This document shows, piece after piece, positions 35,171 through 45,484 of a DNA stretch of 64,000 nucleotides. Each line of letters begins with the position of its first letter. The stretch's first letter is position 1. The notes beneath the pieces were generated by a model. The model was not told the origin of the DNA. It made no database searches and saw nothing but the letters and a program-made list of their open reading frames with translations. The stretch is from an uncultured Nitrospinota bacterium (GTDB lineage Bacteria; Tectomicrobia; Entotheonellia; J063; CAVPRW01), in NCBI GenBank assembly GCA_963707985.1, contig CAVPRW010000009.1:64001-128000 (forward strand). Direction: 5' to 3'. The translations under genes were made by a program, and so were the position numbers.

Positions 35171-36380
35171 TGGAGTGTCCGCAGATCTGCTCCACGGATG
35201 TGGCCGTTTTCATCTGCAAAATACATCTCGTCGTGGAGGTACCATGCGTCGCGGCTCAGCGGATGACCTCTGTGGCTTGGAAGAGGAGCGAAGGCGGGAT
35301 CTTGAGGCCCAGCGCCTGGGCGGTCTTGAGGTTGATGACGAACTCAAACGTGGTGGGCTGCTCCACCGGCAAGTCGGCGGGCTTGGCCCCCTTGAGGATC
35401 TTGTCGACATAGGTGGCCGCCCGCTGATAGGTGTCAAGCTGGCTCGGCCCATAGGCCATGAGGCACCCGGCCGCCACCGACTGTCTCCAGTCGCACATCG
35501 CGGGCAGTCGATGCTTGACGGCGAGGTCGGCAATGCGTCCGCGTAGCGGGCCGATCAGCAGCGCGTCCTCAAGCACGATGAGCGCCTCCGCCCCCGCGCG
35601 GGTCATCGCCGCAAAGGCGGTGTCCAGCTCGTCCGCCCGCCGCACCTCCACCACGTGCAGGTGGAGATCCAGCGCCCGGGCGGCCCCGGCCAGGTTGTGC
35701 AGCAGCGGCTGCCGGGATTCATAACCCAAACTGCCCGAATGCCACAACACGGCGATCCGCGTGTGCTGGGGCACCATTTCTTTCAGGAGCTCCAACCGCT
35801 TCGCCGGGAGCTCCGTCTGCAGGAAGCTCAAGCCCGTGATGTGCCCCCCCGGCTGCGCCAGGCTAGTGACAAACCCTTCCATCACCGGATCATAGGAGCC
35901 CACCATCACGATCGGGATCGTGCGCGTGGCCTGCTGGGCCGCTCGGATCGCGGCAGTGCCCGCGGCCACCAGCACCTCCACAGGGAGCCGGACCAGCTCG
36001 GCCGCCAGCTCGCGGAGCCGCTCGTCGCTCCCCTCCGCATAGCGGGACTCCAGGACGAGGTTCTGGCCCTCCACATAGCCGAGATCGCGCAGCCCCTGCC
36101 GGAAAGCCTCCAGATTGAGATCAGGCCCAGCAGGAGGGTTGCCGCTGATGAGCCGACCAATCCGATACACGGGTGGCGCTGGCTGAACCTCGGCGGTGAG
36201 CGGCACAAGCGAGAGACCGAGGGCCAGGGTGATCAGAATCCCGATGAGGCTGCGCGTCATGGGAACCTCCTGAGGTCACGGACGTGTGGGGGTATTCTGC
36301 GTGCCACAGGTCGGAGAGGGAAATCAAATTTTGCAACATGACACGTCCCAATCCATGGAGCAGATTCTGCGGACACACCA
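35171..36380. mobile_element. Inverted-repeat-bounded cassette carrying the ABC substrate-binding gene
   Basis: Left tggagtgtccgcaga-tctgctccacggat versus right reverse complement tggtgtgtccgcagaatctgctccatggat (27/30), with weaker similarity to ~50 bp. Confidence 0.6.
35256..36260 (-). CDS. Orphan ABC-transporter-type substrate-binding protein
   Basis: Signal peptide; GYVEGQN, SLAQPGGHITG, YVDKILKGAKPADLPVEQP, INLKTA; no permease or ATPase nearby. Confidence 0.92.
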   Translation of the reverse strand: MTRSLIGILITLALGLSLVPLTAEVQPAPPVYRIGRLISGNPPAGPDLNLEAFRQGLRDLGYVEGQNLVLESRYAEGSDERLRELAAELVRLPVEVLVAAGTAAIRAAQQATRTIPIVMVGSYDPVMEGFVTSLAQPGGHITGLSFLQTELPAKRLELLKEMVPQHTRIAVLWHSGSLGYESRQPLLHNLAGAARALDLHLHVVEVRRADELDTAFAAMTRAGAEALIVLEDALLIGPLRGRIADLAVKHRLPAMCDWRQSVAAGCLMAYGPSQLDTYQRAATYVDKILKGAKPADLPVEQPTTFEFVINLKTAQALGLKIPPSLLFQATEVIR

Positions 36381-36389
36381 TGACGTGCA

Positions 36390-36455
36390 ACATCGACGTG
36401 ATCAGCGTCACCACCATCGTCTTCTCCCCCTCAGATGCATCGATCGCACCATCCT
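36390..36455. repeat. 99-bp repeat family, partial unit (locus 2)
   Basis: atcgacgtgatcagcgtcaccaccatcgtcttctccccctcagatgcatcgatc. Confidence 0.8.
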
Positions 36456-36656
36456 GCAACGCTCGTCAGAGCTTCCTTGACGCTGGTGGGGAGTAAAGCC
36501 GGCCTTGTCCGGGATACATCAGTTCGACGAGTACCCGTGCCGTACAGCGGCTGGAGGAGACCCCGAACGCATTAGAGATCAGGTGTTCACATCACTGGAG
36601 CCACCTCATGCTGCTGCGATCCGATGCAGTGCCTTGGTCGGGTGACACGTGCGCAT

Positions 36657-37517
36657 TCATGGCTTGCCTGGCGAAATACACCACATGAACGATTGCACAT
36701 CAATCATGTCTCGTGGCAAGAGTCCTACAAATTCCGCCTTCAGATAATTCGCAAATGCCAATACTGATGCATATGTACGCCAATTGAGGTTCGGCCGATA
36801 GTGGATGTCAAAGCCCGAGATCGCTGCGGTCTTTTGCGTGACGAGAGGCTTCAAAAACATATGCTCTTCCGGGTAGACGATGAACAGAAAGTAGGTGGCG
36901 ATAGGCCATTTCGCCGCACCGATACTCTCCAGTATATCCGCGTATCTCTCGAATCTCGGCTGAAGGTCGTCGTCCCCGTAGAGGAGGTGACACAGTGCCG
37001 TGGCAAAAGCCGGCTGATGAACCGGCGACTGAAGACCATCCTCCAACGCCATCTTCTCATTCGGGAAGATCAAGTTGGTCGCGCAGGCAACAGACACCGC
37101 GCGGCGACACACCTCGGCATCATCGTTCACTGACAGCAAGCGAGCCCGTTCACGTTGGTTGAGGAGGTTCTGTGCTTTCTCATGGGCTCCAACTTTAGAA
37201 TCGCGTTTCTCTTTCACGAAACGCTCATCGGAGAACCCTTTGGGATATCGTTCACGAAATCTCTTAATGGACTCAAGCAAGCTTTGATACCGATGACGCC
37301 CGCCCTTCGCAGGCGCGTGGCGGTTGTCGAGAAGAGGATGAGCCACCTCGTCTGTCGGAATGCAATTGAGCGTGACATATTTGAGGGAGAGCGTTTTTTC
37401 ACCGGCTCCTACGAAGAATACTCGGACCGTCTCGCCATTGGAGTCTTCAAGAACCTCACCGAGACCCCACTCGGCTTGGTCGGGATGTTTCACTCGATCT
37501 GCTTGCTTGAGCGACAT
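36657..37517 (-). CDS. DUF3553-like (SH3-fold N-terminus) protein
   Basis: RVKHP..WGLGEV..VFF..G.K N-terminus; C-terminal FLKP and PRDMIDVQSFMW. Confidence 0.7.
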   Translation of the reverse strand: MSLKQADRVKHPDQAEWGLGEVLEDSNGETVRVFFVGAGEKTLSLKYVTLNCIPTDEVAHPLLDNRHAPAKGGRHRYQSLLESIKRFRERYPKGFSDERFVKEKRDSKVGAHEKAQNLLNQRERARLLSVNDDAEVCRRAVSVACATNLIFPNEKMALEDGLQSPVHQPAFATALCHLLYGDDDLQPRFERYADILESIGAAKWPIATYFLFIVYPEEHMFLKPLVTQKTAAISGFDIHYRPNLNWRTYASVLAFANYLKAEFVGLLPRDMIDVQSFMWCISPGKP

Positions 37518-37759
37518 ACTTATACCCTCGTCAACGCGAACCATGGAGTCCCAGGCAAATGTGCCCTGATATCAGGCGATGGGCCGATATGTCGAGCTCC
37601 CTCACCGGCGCGCCACCATTCACGACTAGCGCGCATTATAGCGTATGCGCGGCTAGGGAGTCGTGCCTCTGAATACGGTCGGCTTCATGCCGCACTGGCG
37701 GAAAGGTCATGATGACGAGGTGTGCGCCGCCTGCCGTCTCACCCTCTCCGACACAGTCC

Positions 37760-37900
37760 TGACAGCATGCGTCACACACATTATTGATGGAGATACCATT
37801 GATGTGGAGCTCCAGGCACGGCATGCATGGGTGCGCTATATCGGCATCCATACCCTTGAGACAAAGCATCCCAGCCGTGGCATCGAATCCTATGCCCGTC
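37760..37900 (+). pseudogene. Thermonuclease (SNase) fragment
   Basis: VTHIIDGDTIDV...VRYIGIHTLETKHP, after which similarity is lost. Confidence 0.65.
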
Positions 37901-38422
37901 AGGAGGGTGCGGCTGTTCCGGAATGTCCCATCGTCCTGTATGATCCTGGACAATCGCTGGCGGCGACGCGGAAGGATGGATGTTCTCGGGTAGAGCCATA
38001 CCAGCAATCCCTACGATTGAGGGGATGCTGGCCACAGGTGGTCCGTATCGGCGCACCCATTGCGCGCATTGACAAATCAGTTGTCTGCCCAATTGCCCCC
38101 AGGCGTAAAGCCTCTGTCCGCATTTATCGCAAAATTCTTTGAAATGATATTCACCAGTCATAATAGAACCTCTCCTTATCCTATTGGGTAGTATTCGAAT
38201 TTCGAGTCTCATAATATATATGGTGGCACATCTAGAGAGCATTCGGCTAGGATTAAGAATCAGAGTGCGTCATCATTTTCGCCATCCCTTTCGGTCTGCA
38301 CGCCTCGTGATGAAGACTTCTCGCCTCCCCCCGTACCTCAAGTTATCCACTTTTTCGCCATAACCGCCCCTAGCGGCAAAATTCACAGATACCTATGTGG
38401 CGTCCGTTTTGGTCACGCGTTA

Positions 38423-38452
38423 TTGACAACACCATCAAGACGCCACTACACT
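38423..38452 (+). promoter_or_regulatory. Sigma70-like promoter
   Basis: TTGACA-18 nt-TACACT upstream of ORF 38480. Confidence 0.45.
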
Positions 38453-38479
38453 CACCGCCACACGGCCCACTGACATTCG

Positions 38480-38848
38480 ATGCTGAACGGCAGAACGCCG
38501 ATGGATGAGGCCACGCCTGCAGCCGATCCACCCAAAAAGCATTGCTTTATCATCACCCCCATCGGGCCTCCCCTCTCATCGATTCGACGCGCCGCCGACG
38601 GCCTGATTCGTACCGTCATCAAGCCTGTCCTAGAAGAGCTACAGTTCGAGGTCTACATTCCGCACGAGATGGCCGACCCTGGCTCGATCACGCGCCAGGT
38701 GATCCAACATCTCCTTGATGACGATCTAGTGGTCGCGAACCTGACCGGGCTGAATCCGAATGTCATGTATGAGTTAGCGGTCAGACACGCGACCTTACGA
38801 CGCCACGTTCGCAAGTCGGTACGCCACCGACTGGTGTATACCAAATAG
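38480..38848 (+). pseudogene. Nucleoside 2-deoxyribosyltransferase-like domain, truncated
   Basis: [36 protein letters not shown], then an unrelated tail. Confidence 0.7.
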
Positions 38849-39094
38849 AAGCAGTAGGCTCGGTGGAGCAGGTACAGCAATTCCTTCAGATCATGACCGC
38901 CAGGGGATACAAGCTCACCGATGAAGGGTACAGACATGATTTGGTAGACTCGTCTCTATGGGCAATTTGCTTTGCAGTCGCGAATCCTCCGCTGCCAGTT
39001 GCACATGTCTCCCAAGCTGCCAAGGCATCCGGACTCACCCTCGTAGCCGCGAACGCGAGAGCATCTAGTTAACACAGTCCCTTCTCGATTTGCA

Positions 39095-39292
39095 CGCTAT
39101 CTCCTATTGCGGTTACCTGCATCGGTCTTCTCGTCCCCAAACACATAGATCACCTCAGCCTGAAGACCATCCCAGGGAATCGGATGTTATCGGCGCATCG
39201 ATGTGATCATCGTCACCGGCATCAGATTCTCGCCCTCAGGCGCATCGATCACATCAGCCTGAAGATCATCCCAGGGATCGGGTGCAATCGTC
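39095..39292. repeat. 99-bp tandem repeat, 2 units (locus 3)
   Basis: tctcg anchors at 39129 and 39228; gatcac.tcagcctgaaga.catcccaggg occurs twice. Confidence 0.85.
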
Positions 39293-39862
39293 GCGTGGTG
39301 GGGCCGCTCATGGGCATCGCCCGGCTTCATGGCCTCATCCCCCGACAGTCTCGCCCCCAATCCCTAGCGAAACCCCGACAGGCCGAGGTGCCGCCGTCTC
39401 CAGACCACGGGTTCGTCGGGCCAGTCGACGGAGTATGCCAGCAGTAACCTGTACGGAAAGCACCACCGCCCTTTCATTGGGGCAGCAGGCTAAAGCCTTT
39501 GGCTCGATACTCGACAACATGGATGGCCACCTGTGCCGTCAGAGGCGATGACCGACCCACCATCGGCTGAATCGATCCACACCTTGGCGCCAGGGATGTG
39601 ACCGATTGATGGGGTCAGACGATCACCGCAATGACAACATCCCTCGACAAGATCGGAGCGCACCTCGGCACGGGAGTGGGGGGGTCGGATGTCGCGTGCG
39701 CCGCGTGCGCGCTCCCCTGGCCCTTTGGTGCTCCGTGACATCATTCCGTCGATCGAGGCGTGCGCCCCCGCTCCGCTCATCTCGGATGGCTCCGGCTTGA
39801 TCCGTGCCGTCTATGTGCTATAATACCATATATAGTGATATCCACTGAAAGGGGGTGAGGGT

Positions 39863-40423
39863 GTGCGAGTCTTGCGCCCACCAACATTGATGCAGTGGGG
39901 TTGTGCTCATCGGTGGAAAACGACCACGACGCGGCCGGGCCAGGATGACGTGGTGCGGATGCGCTATCTCACCTGCCGGCGCTGTGGCCTCAAAGTGAAG
40001 ACCCATGAGCGGCTGGAGGTGCCCTGGAATGAAGCCGATCTGGTTGACCAGGTGAAGGCGTTGCTGCCCGAGGGCCAGGCCGTGGCGCTGCGAGACAAAG
40101 GGATTACCGAGCTGCCGTTGGCGCGGCTGAATGCTCGACTGGCGCCGCATGGATACGTGATTCACGCCAGCAAGGGCCGGGATCGCACCCGTCTGGTCGC
40201 ATGTATGGATCGCGATGGCAAGCCGACGCCCTATGGGGTGTTTGAGCTGCGACCGATGCCGCCGGAGGCGTCAGGACGCAAGAATGGCACACGGGTCCAG
40301 GAGGAAAATCGCTCTCTTGTTGCGCATCGGGACGCAGAGCCAGTTGTCAGAAAAGCAGTGGTAGGAAGGAAAGGAAGCGCTGATGAAGCCATTGCCGTCC
40401 CAGGTGGTGAACCTCACGAGTGA
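39863..40423 (+). CDS. Hypothetical protein with zinc-ribbon-like N-terminus
   Basis: RMRYLTCRRCGLKVKTHE; lies directly upstream of the recombinase. Confidence 0.45.
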   Translation: MRVLRPPTLMQWGCAHRWKTTTTRPGQDDVVRMRYLTCRRCGLKVKTHERLEVPWNEADLVDQVKALLPEGQAVALRDKGITELPLARLNARLAPHGYVIHASKGRDRTRLVACMDRDGKPTPYGVFELRPMPPEASGRKNGTRVQEENRSLVAHRDAEPVVRKAVVGRKGSADEAIAVPGGEPHE

Positions 40424-41660
40424 GGTCAAGTATGCAGCCATTTATGCTCGGGTGTCGACTGAAGACCAGGGTAAGGGCTTCTCCATTCCCATCCAATGGA
40501 GCAGGGACCGGAGGGCTGGCTCTTCTTTCAGATGCGCGGAGCCCTGGCGGAATATGAACGCGCCAAGATTCTGGAGCGCATGAAGCGGGACCTCGTCGGA
40601 CGTGCCAAAGCCGGCCATGTCGTGGTAGTGCGGTTGCATTTGGATATTGCTATATCAGGGAAGAGCATGGAGGACGGTGGGAGATTGATGAAGACGAGGC
40701 GGCCGTGGTGCGTCGCATCTTTCGCTTGTGCTTGGAGGGCATGCCGACGCGTGCCATTGCGCGCCTGTTGACGCAGGAGCGCGTCCCGAGCAAACACGAT
40801 CGCCATCCAGCACTCGCCGGGCGGAAAGCGGCCGGTGCGGGTGAATGGCATGCCAATACGATCCCTGGACTCTTACGCTATGAGGGCTATATCGGCCGCA
40901 TGTATTACAACAAGCAGAAAGCGGCTGGAAAGACTCGCCGCACGGATCGGCCCAGAGATGAGTGGGTGCAGGTCGGAATCCCCACGATCATCGGAGACGA
41001 TGTCTTTCAGGCTGTGCAGGACCAACTCGCGCGCAATAAGGCGCTCGCCCAACGTAACCGGAAATATGACTACCTCTTTGTTGGAGGACGCCTGCACTGC
41101 GGCCGATGCGGTCGCGCCATGACGGGCGAAGCTCCCCATGGGGTCCGACGCTATCGCTGTTCGTCGCGTATGACCTTTGCTGATCCCTCCAAGCGTTGCA
41201 AGGTATATGTCAATGCTAATGATGCCGAAGGACGTGTTTGGCAGGCCATTGAGCAGGTTCTGCAGCAACCGGAGATTATTACGGCCGAGGTCAACCGGCA
41301 ACAGGCAGGGGCGGAAGAGCAGCGTACGGAAATCCTGCGGGACATCTCACGCATCGAGGATACCCTGGCCACATGTGACCGGGAAGAGCAGCGGTGGGCT
41401 CAGGCCTATGTGGCTGAAGTGATCAACCTGGAGGAACTAAAAGGGTAGACGAACCTTGACAACATTGGGCACGCGTTAGAACATGTCGAGGCGTTGATGG
41501 GATATTGTGCGCGTGTGCGCCAGCAATTGCAAACCTTCGATCCTACCGAGAAACGGCAAGCGTTCGAGGCCCTGAATGTTCGGATCACATGGACACCGGG
41601 GTAACCCTTGGCGATTGAAGGGACAATCCCTTTAGGTAAAATTGTGCCTGTCCTACTAGA
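40383..41660 (+). pseudogene. Large serine recombinase (integrase), decayed
   Basis: YARVSTEDQ, ALAEYERAKILER, recombinase domain, zinc ribbon CGRCG...YRC, coiled coil; internal deletion, frameshifts and stops. Confidence 0.9.
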
Positions 41661-41700
41661 GAGCCACAGATGCCTGCATACTCCACCACACATGGAAAGC

Positions 41701-42081
41701 CTACCAGGTGTCGGGCTGGACCATGACAAGGCCGGGCACCACCCGGTAATGCTTGACGTTGAAGGTACACAGAGTTGCCGATGAGCCAGTGGCGCACGCC
41801 GCAATCAGGGCATCGAGCAAGCCCACATGGTGCGAGAGATGATAGGCAATAAAATCGGTCGGGGCGCGCTGGCAGTCAGCGGCGGTCGGCCACACCACCG
41901 GCGAGGGAGCGACCAATTTCTACGACTGCCGCACCTGGCGGCCATTCTGAGCATCCTGAATCAGCTCCATGACCCCCAAGCTCGGGAATGCGGGCAGTTC
42001 CGTGAGCGTGGCAAACCACGTCAGAGCTGGGACATACTCCCGCTGGATGTCAATCAGCACGTCGGTATCGAGGAGGTACAC
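41701..42081 (-). pseudogene. vapC: PIN-domain toxin (VapC-like), interrupted near 41920
   Basis: YLLDTDVLID, MELI, DALIAA, TFNVKHY. Confidence 0.8.
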
Positions 42082-42345
42082 GGACTTTTCCCTGAGTCGT
42101 CTTTCCGCTTGGTGGCATATCTGCCGTGCATGCGCTTGGCTATCGGTGATATCTAGCCGCGTCCCAATGACACCCTCGCGTTGCCAATAGGCGACGAGTT
42201 CTGCACCAGTCGTTGGCAGCTGACCGACAAGGGACCTTGTGGAGAGGAGACGCAGCACATGCTCAGGGAGAGACAGCCCCAGTTGGGTGGCTTCAGTCGC
42301 CAGTTCACTTTCCAACGCTTGTGGCAAGTCAAGCATGATACTCAT
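42082..42345 (-). CDS. Putative antitoxin, now reading through in frame into the PIN fragment
   Basis: MSIMLDLPQALESELATEA.. RHH-like start, directly upstream of the PIN gene. Confidence 0.6.
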
Positions 42346-43050
42346 GGATGGTCTCCTTGTCTGGACTCGTACAACCATCTGTTTGTCCTACTGCCTACAT
42401 GAACCTCTCCATTGTATGCCCTTTGGGTTTGTGAGACGATACAGAGTGCCGGCCGAACTCTTGATTATCTAGAGATGTTTCCACAGAATCGTCCCCAACG
42501 ACCATGCAGAATAGATCAACCTCCTCTCCCTCTAGGCCTGTTGATATGGAAAATCTTCCGCATCATAGCCTAAACACCGAGCTGATATGTCGAGAATTTC
42601 GGTATCAGGGCTCATGGCAGGCAACGGCCTGAGGATGGGTTCAGATGAGTCGGCGGAATTCCCTACCAGTGTCAAAGAAGTCATGGCCATGTTTGCGATA
42701 GAAAGGTTGAGAGCACCATGAAGCACGAATTGGTCAGCTATCACCTGGTTTCAGTTCAATCCTAAAAACCCCATCTAAGGTGTCACGGCCTGTGCCCATC
42801 ACCTGCGAGAGTTAAGAATATCAGCATCGGGCGACGACAGGTAGGTATCCCGCGCGCATCTGGGTCTGGTTCGACATCTCATCCGCTTGGGCGGGGATGT
42901 GACCGTCGAGGCTTGCGCCGGCGTCCTCTTGTACACCTTCGCGCCTCGGCTCACATAGGCGGTGTCATCGGCCCCTCACGCTACTTCGCCGTGAATCGGT
43001 GCGACACCTTAATCTGCGCTTGGTGGGCGTATGATCTACTCGTCTTCAAC

Positions 43051-43290
43051 TCATGGCATTAAGAGCTCCGTGCCGGTTTTGATGTACCACTGTTCTCCCG
43101 TGTCGATCGTGGTCATCTCTTGATGGGATATTTTGAGCTCAGCGATGGTTTTAGGATGCGTTATCCGATTACGGATTTTCTTTACCTTTAGCCGACAGTT
43201 CCATCCGTGATCGCTGAATTTGGGTCGATAATCTGGGTTCAGCGCGCGGGCATAAAACAACATAGAAGAACGTAAATTGGAGCCCACCAA
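43051..43290 (-). pseudogene. HEPN-like domain fragment
   Basis: KIRNRITHPK (RxxxxH) in a lower-GC stretch; 5' part missing. Confidence 0.55.
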
Positions 43291-44320
43291 TCTGTTTTAC
43301 TCGGTGGCATGTCAGATATCATCGTCTTCTCACTCGACAATCTCGAAGGCCTCGGCCGCCAGCGTGGCGATGTCCGCGGTCCGCATCCGCTCCAGCAACG
43401 GCCTTACCTGGTCGGGGTGGCGCTGGCTGAGGTGGTAGAGCCGCATTGGGCCCCGCCGGGCTGGTTCGCCACCGGCAGCCAGGCGGGCAGGACAGCGCCA
43501 CAATCGAGCCAGCGATCGCATGTACGTGGGGCATTGGTCCTCCTCTCCTCCCACTCACCCCTTGGCTCATGGGTGAGGCGCCTATGCCTGGGCGAGCTGC
43601 TTGATCCGTGCGCTGATGTCCTCGATCGAGGGGATTGGATGAAAGACGTGGCCCGTCCTGATGGGGGCCCTGCGGTTCGCCACGATGATGTCAGCCTTCG
43701 GCGGGAGAGGGAGGGGCAGCAGCGGCCGTGTCATGGACTCGGCAAACCGCACGAGCGCGATGAACGCGTGCTCCATATAGAGGAGCGCGTGCACCGGTGG
43801 ATGACCATAGATCAGCGCTGTCGGACTCCCCGCCTCGGGGTTGCTAGGCAGCAGCATCGGACACCGCATATGGAAGGAGTTCAAGCGTCACATGGGTCGG
43901 CGAGTTGAGATGAACCACGGGTTCGGTTGCCCGAGCGGCCCATTGTTCATCAAGGGCTGAGCGCAACGCGACAAGATGCGTCAGCAGCCTAAGGGGTGGC
44001 TGAATCATGACTCATACCTCTGCCCGCTGCCGACGTTCAGCGGCAGCGCTTTGGCATGAACCTGTCACGCACGATCACGGTTCGGTTATGTCACGAAGCA
44101 CAGGGCGACGATGAGCACCAGAGTCGCCAGAATGGCGAGGATGCCCCTGACGCTCCCGAGGCCAACCACATCCGTGCCGACGGTGAAGTAGAACCCCACC
44201 GTCAGGGCGACGATCAGGAGAACAAAAATCCGTGCTGCTGTGCGCTTGGACCGTCTCGCAGGTACGGAATACCAGTCGGATTCATCCTGTGGTTAGGTGG
44301 TGATCGTGCTAGCGCCAACG

Positions 44321-44533
44321 TTACAAGTCTTGAGGTTGAAGTCCTGTACGCCTGGCGATCCTGGCGAGCATGCGAGGACCGATCGCTTCAGCGTCATGGA
44401 AGGCAAAGACGACGTCAGGCCATCCAGGGCGAGAGAGGACACGGTGGGACCCATCTTGCCGTTTGATGCGCCAGCCCACACGCAGCAGAGCCGCCAGGAC
44501 TCGTCTCGCGCTCGTGCTGGACCAGGTGCTCAT
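44321..44533 (-). CDS. hicA: HicA family toxin
   Basis: GWRIKRQDGSHRVL...FAFH..IGPRMLARI. Confidence 0.9.
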   Translation of the reverse strand: MSTWSSTSARRVLAALLRVGWRIKRQDGSHRVLSRPGWPDVVFAFHDAEAIGPRMLARIARRTGLQPQDL

Positions 44534-44736
44534 ACGGCGGCGAAGGAAATACTCACCAGGTCTGGGCCGGCCTCGCCATGGTCGAGACGGTCCGCCACGA
44601 CACGGAGCGCCAACGCTTGGACCTTGGCCGTCGCTTCCTCAGGACTCTGGCCATACGTCAGTACGCCAGGCAGTTCAAGGACTTCGGCGATCCAGCGGCC
44701 GTCATCTTCCTGCTCGATTTCCACCGTCAATGTCAT
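44530..44736 (-). CDS. hicB: HicB family antitoxin (short, no DNA-binding tail)
   Basis: EQEDDGRWIAEVLELPGVLTYGQSPEEA; ATGA overlap with hicA. Confidence 0.9.
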   Translation of the reverse strand: MTLTVEIEQEDDGRWIAEVLELPGVLTYGQSPEEATAKVQALALRVVADRLDHGEAGPDLVSISFAAV

Positions 44737-44963
44737 CGCAACCCTCCATTTCTCCCATCGCCTCTCATTCTACTCTCTGCTTTGCCTGGAGGGTAGTCCC
44801 CATGACAAAGCCACTTAGACCCGATGATTTGCCCTGCGTGCACATCAGAAAGTCTGACGATTTGGACAACGCTTGCGCCAAAAGTAACGCCTTTTGGCAC
44901 AAGCGGTTGCGATGCAGATCATATCAATGCTCAGGTTCGGCCGGGCTCACGCCGCGGCCGTCA

Positions 44964-45230
44964 CTATCCGATGTGAGAAACACGCGAGCGGCGGCTGGAA
45001 CCTGTGGTGAGTCGACATGCCTGCTCTTGACACGTTTCCACACTCCTCTCGCCACTCGCACCGGTAAGACTATGCCCGCCAGCTGGCGATGGCTGCCATG
45101 ACCTGGAGTGACGGCGACGCATGTCGGAATACAGCTCCGCCAGCACGATCACCATGACACACACCGCTACGGCAATGACGAGGAGGGCAGCAAAACACGT
45201 CAGGGCGGTCAGCGCGTCTCTCATCAGCAC
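44964..45230 (-). CDS. Small putative membrane protein
   Basis: One long hydrophobic stretch; start overlaps the upstream stop. Confidence 0.3.
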   Translation of the reverse strand: MLMRDALTALTCFAALLVIAVAVCVMVIVLAELYSDMRRRHSRSWQPSPAGGHSLTGASGERSVETCQEQACRLTTGSSRRSRVSHIG

Positions 45231-45466
45231 AGGAACACGCGGTTCCTATGGGCGGCGGTCTGGCGGCGCTCCGGCGGCGCTCCGGCGGCGCATGTGACAC
45301 ACGACAGCCAGCGGCCGATGGCGTTGGACCTGCCCTCTGCCGTAATGACCCACGGCCGGTTACTCCATGGCGGATGATGGCGCACATGTTGGGTGTGGCC
45401 GCACTCAAGCTCAGCCACCCAGTGCTGCTCATCGTCCTGATGGAAGCCCACAAGGCGGCGCTCCAT
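45224..45466 (-). CDS. DUF3565-like small protein
   Basis: GFHQDDEQHWVAELECGHTQHVRHHPPW.NRPWV. Confidence 0.75.
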   Translation of the reverse strand: MERRLVGFHQDDEQHWVAELECGHTQHVRHHPPWSNRPWVITAEGRSNAIGRWLSCVTCAAGAPPERRQTAAHRNRVFLC

Positions 45467-45484
45467 GGTGGTTCCCTTGTCGCC

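Noticed and set aside
34992..39292. 99-bp repeats as a CRISPR array
   Set aside because: Whole units are similar, there are no unique spacers, and no cas genes are present.
44030..44330. attC-like TAAC...GTT motifs after small genes
   Set aside because: R''/R' boxes are not complementary, there is no consistent L box, and no integron integrase is in the window.
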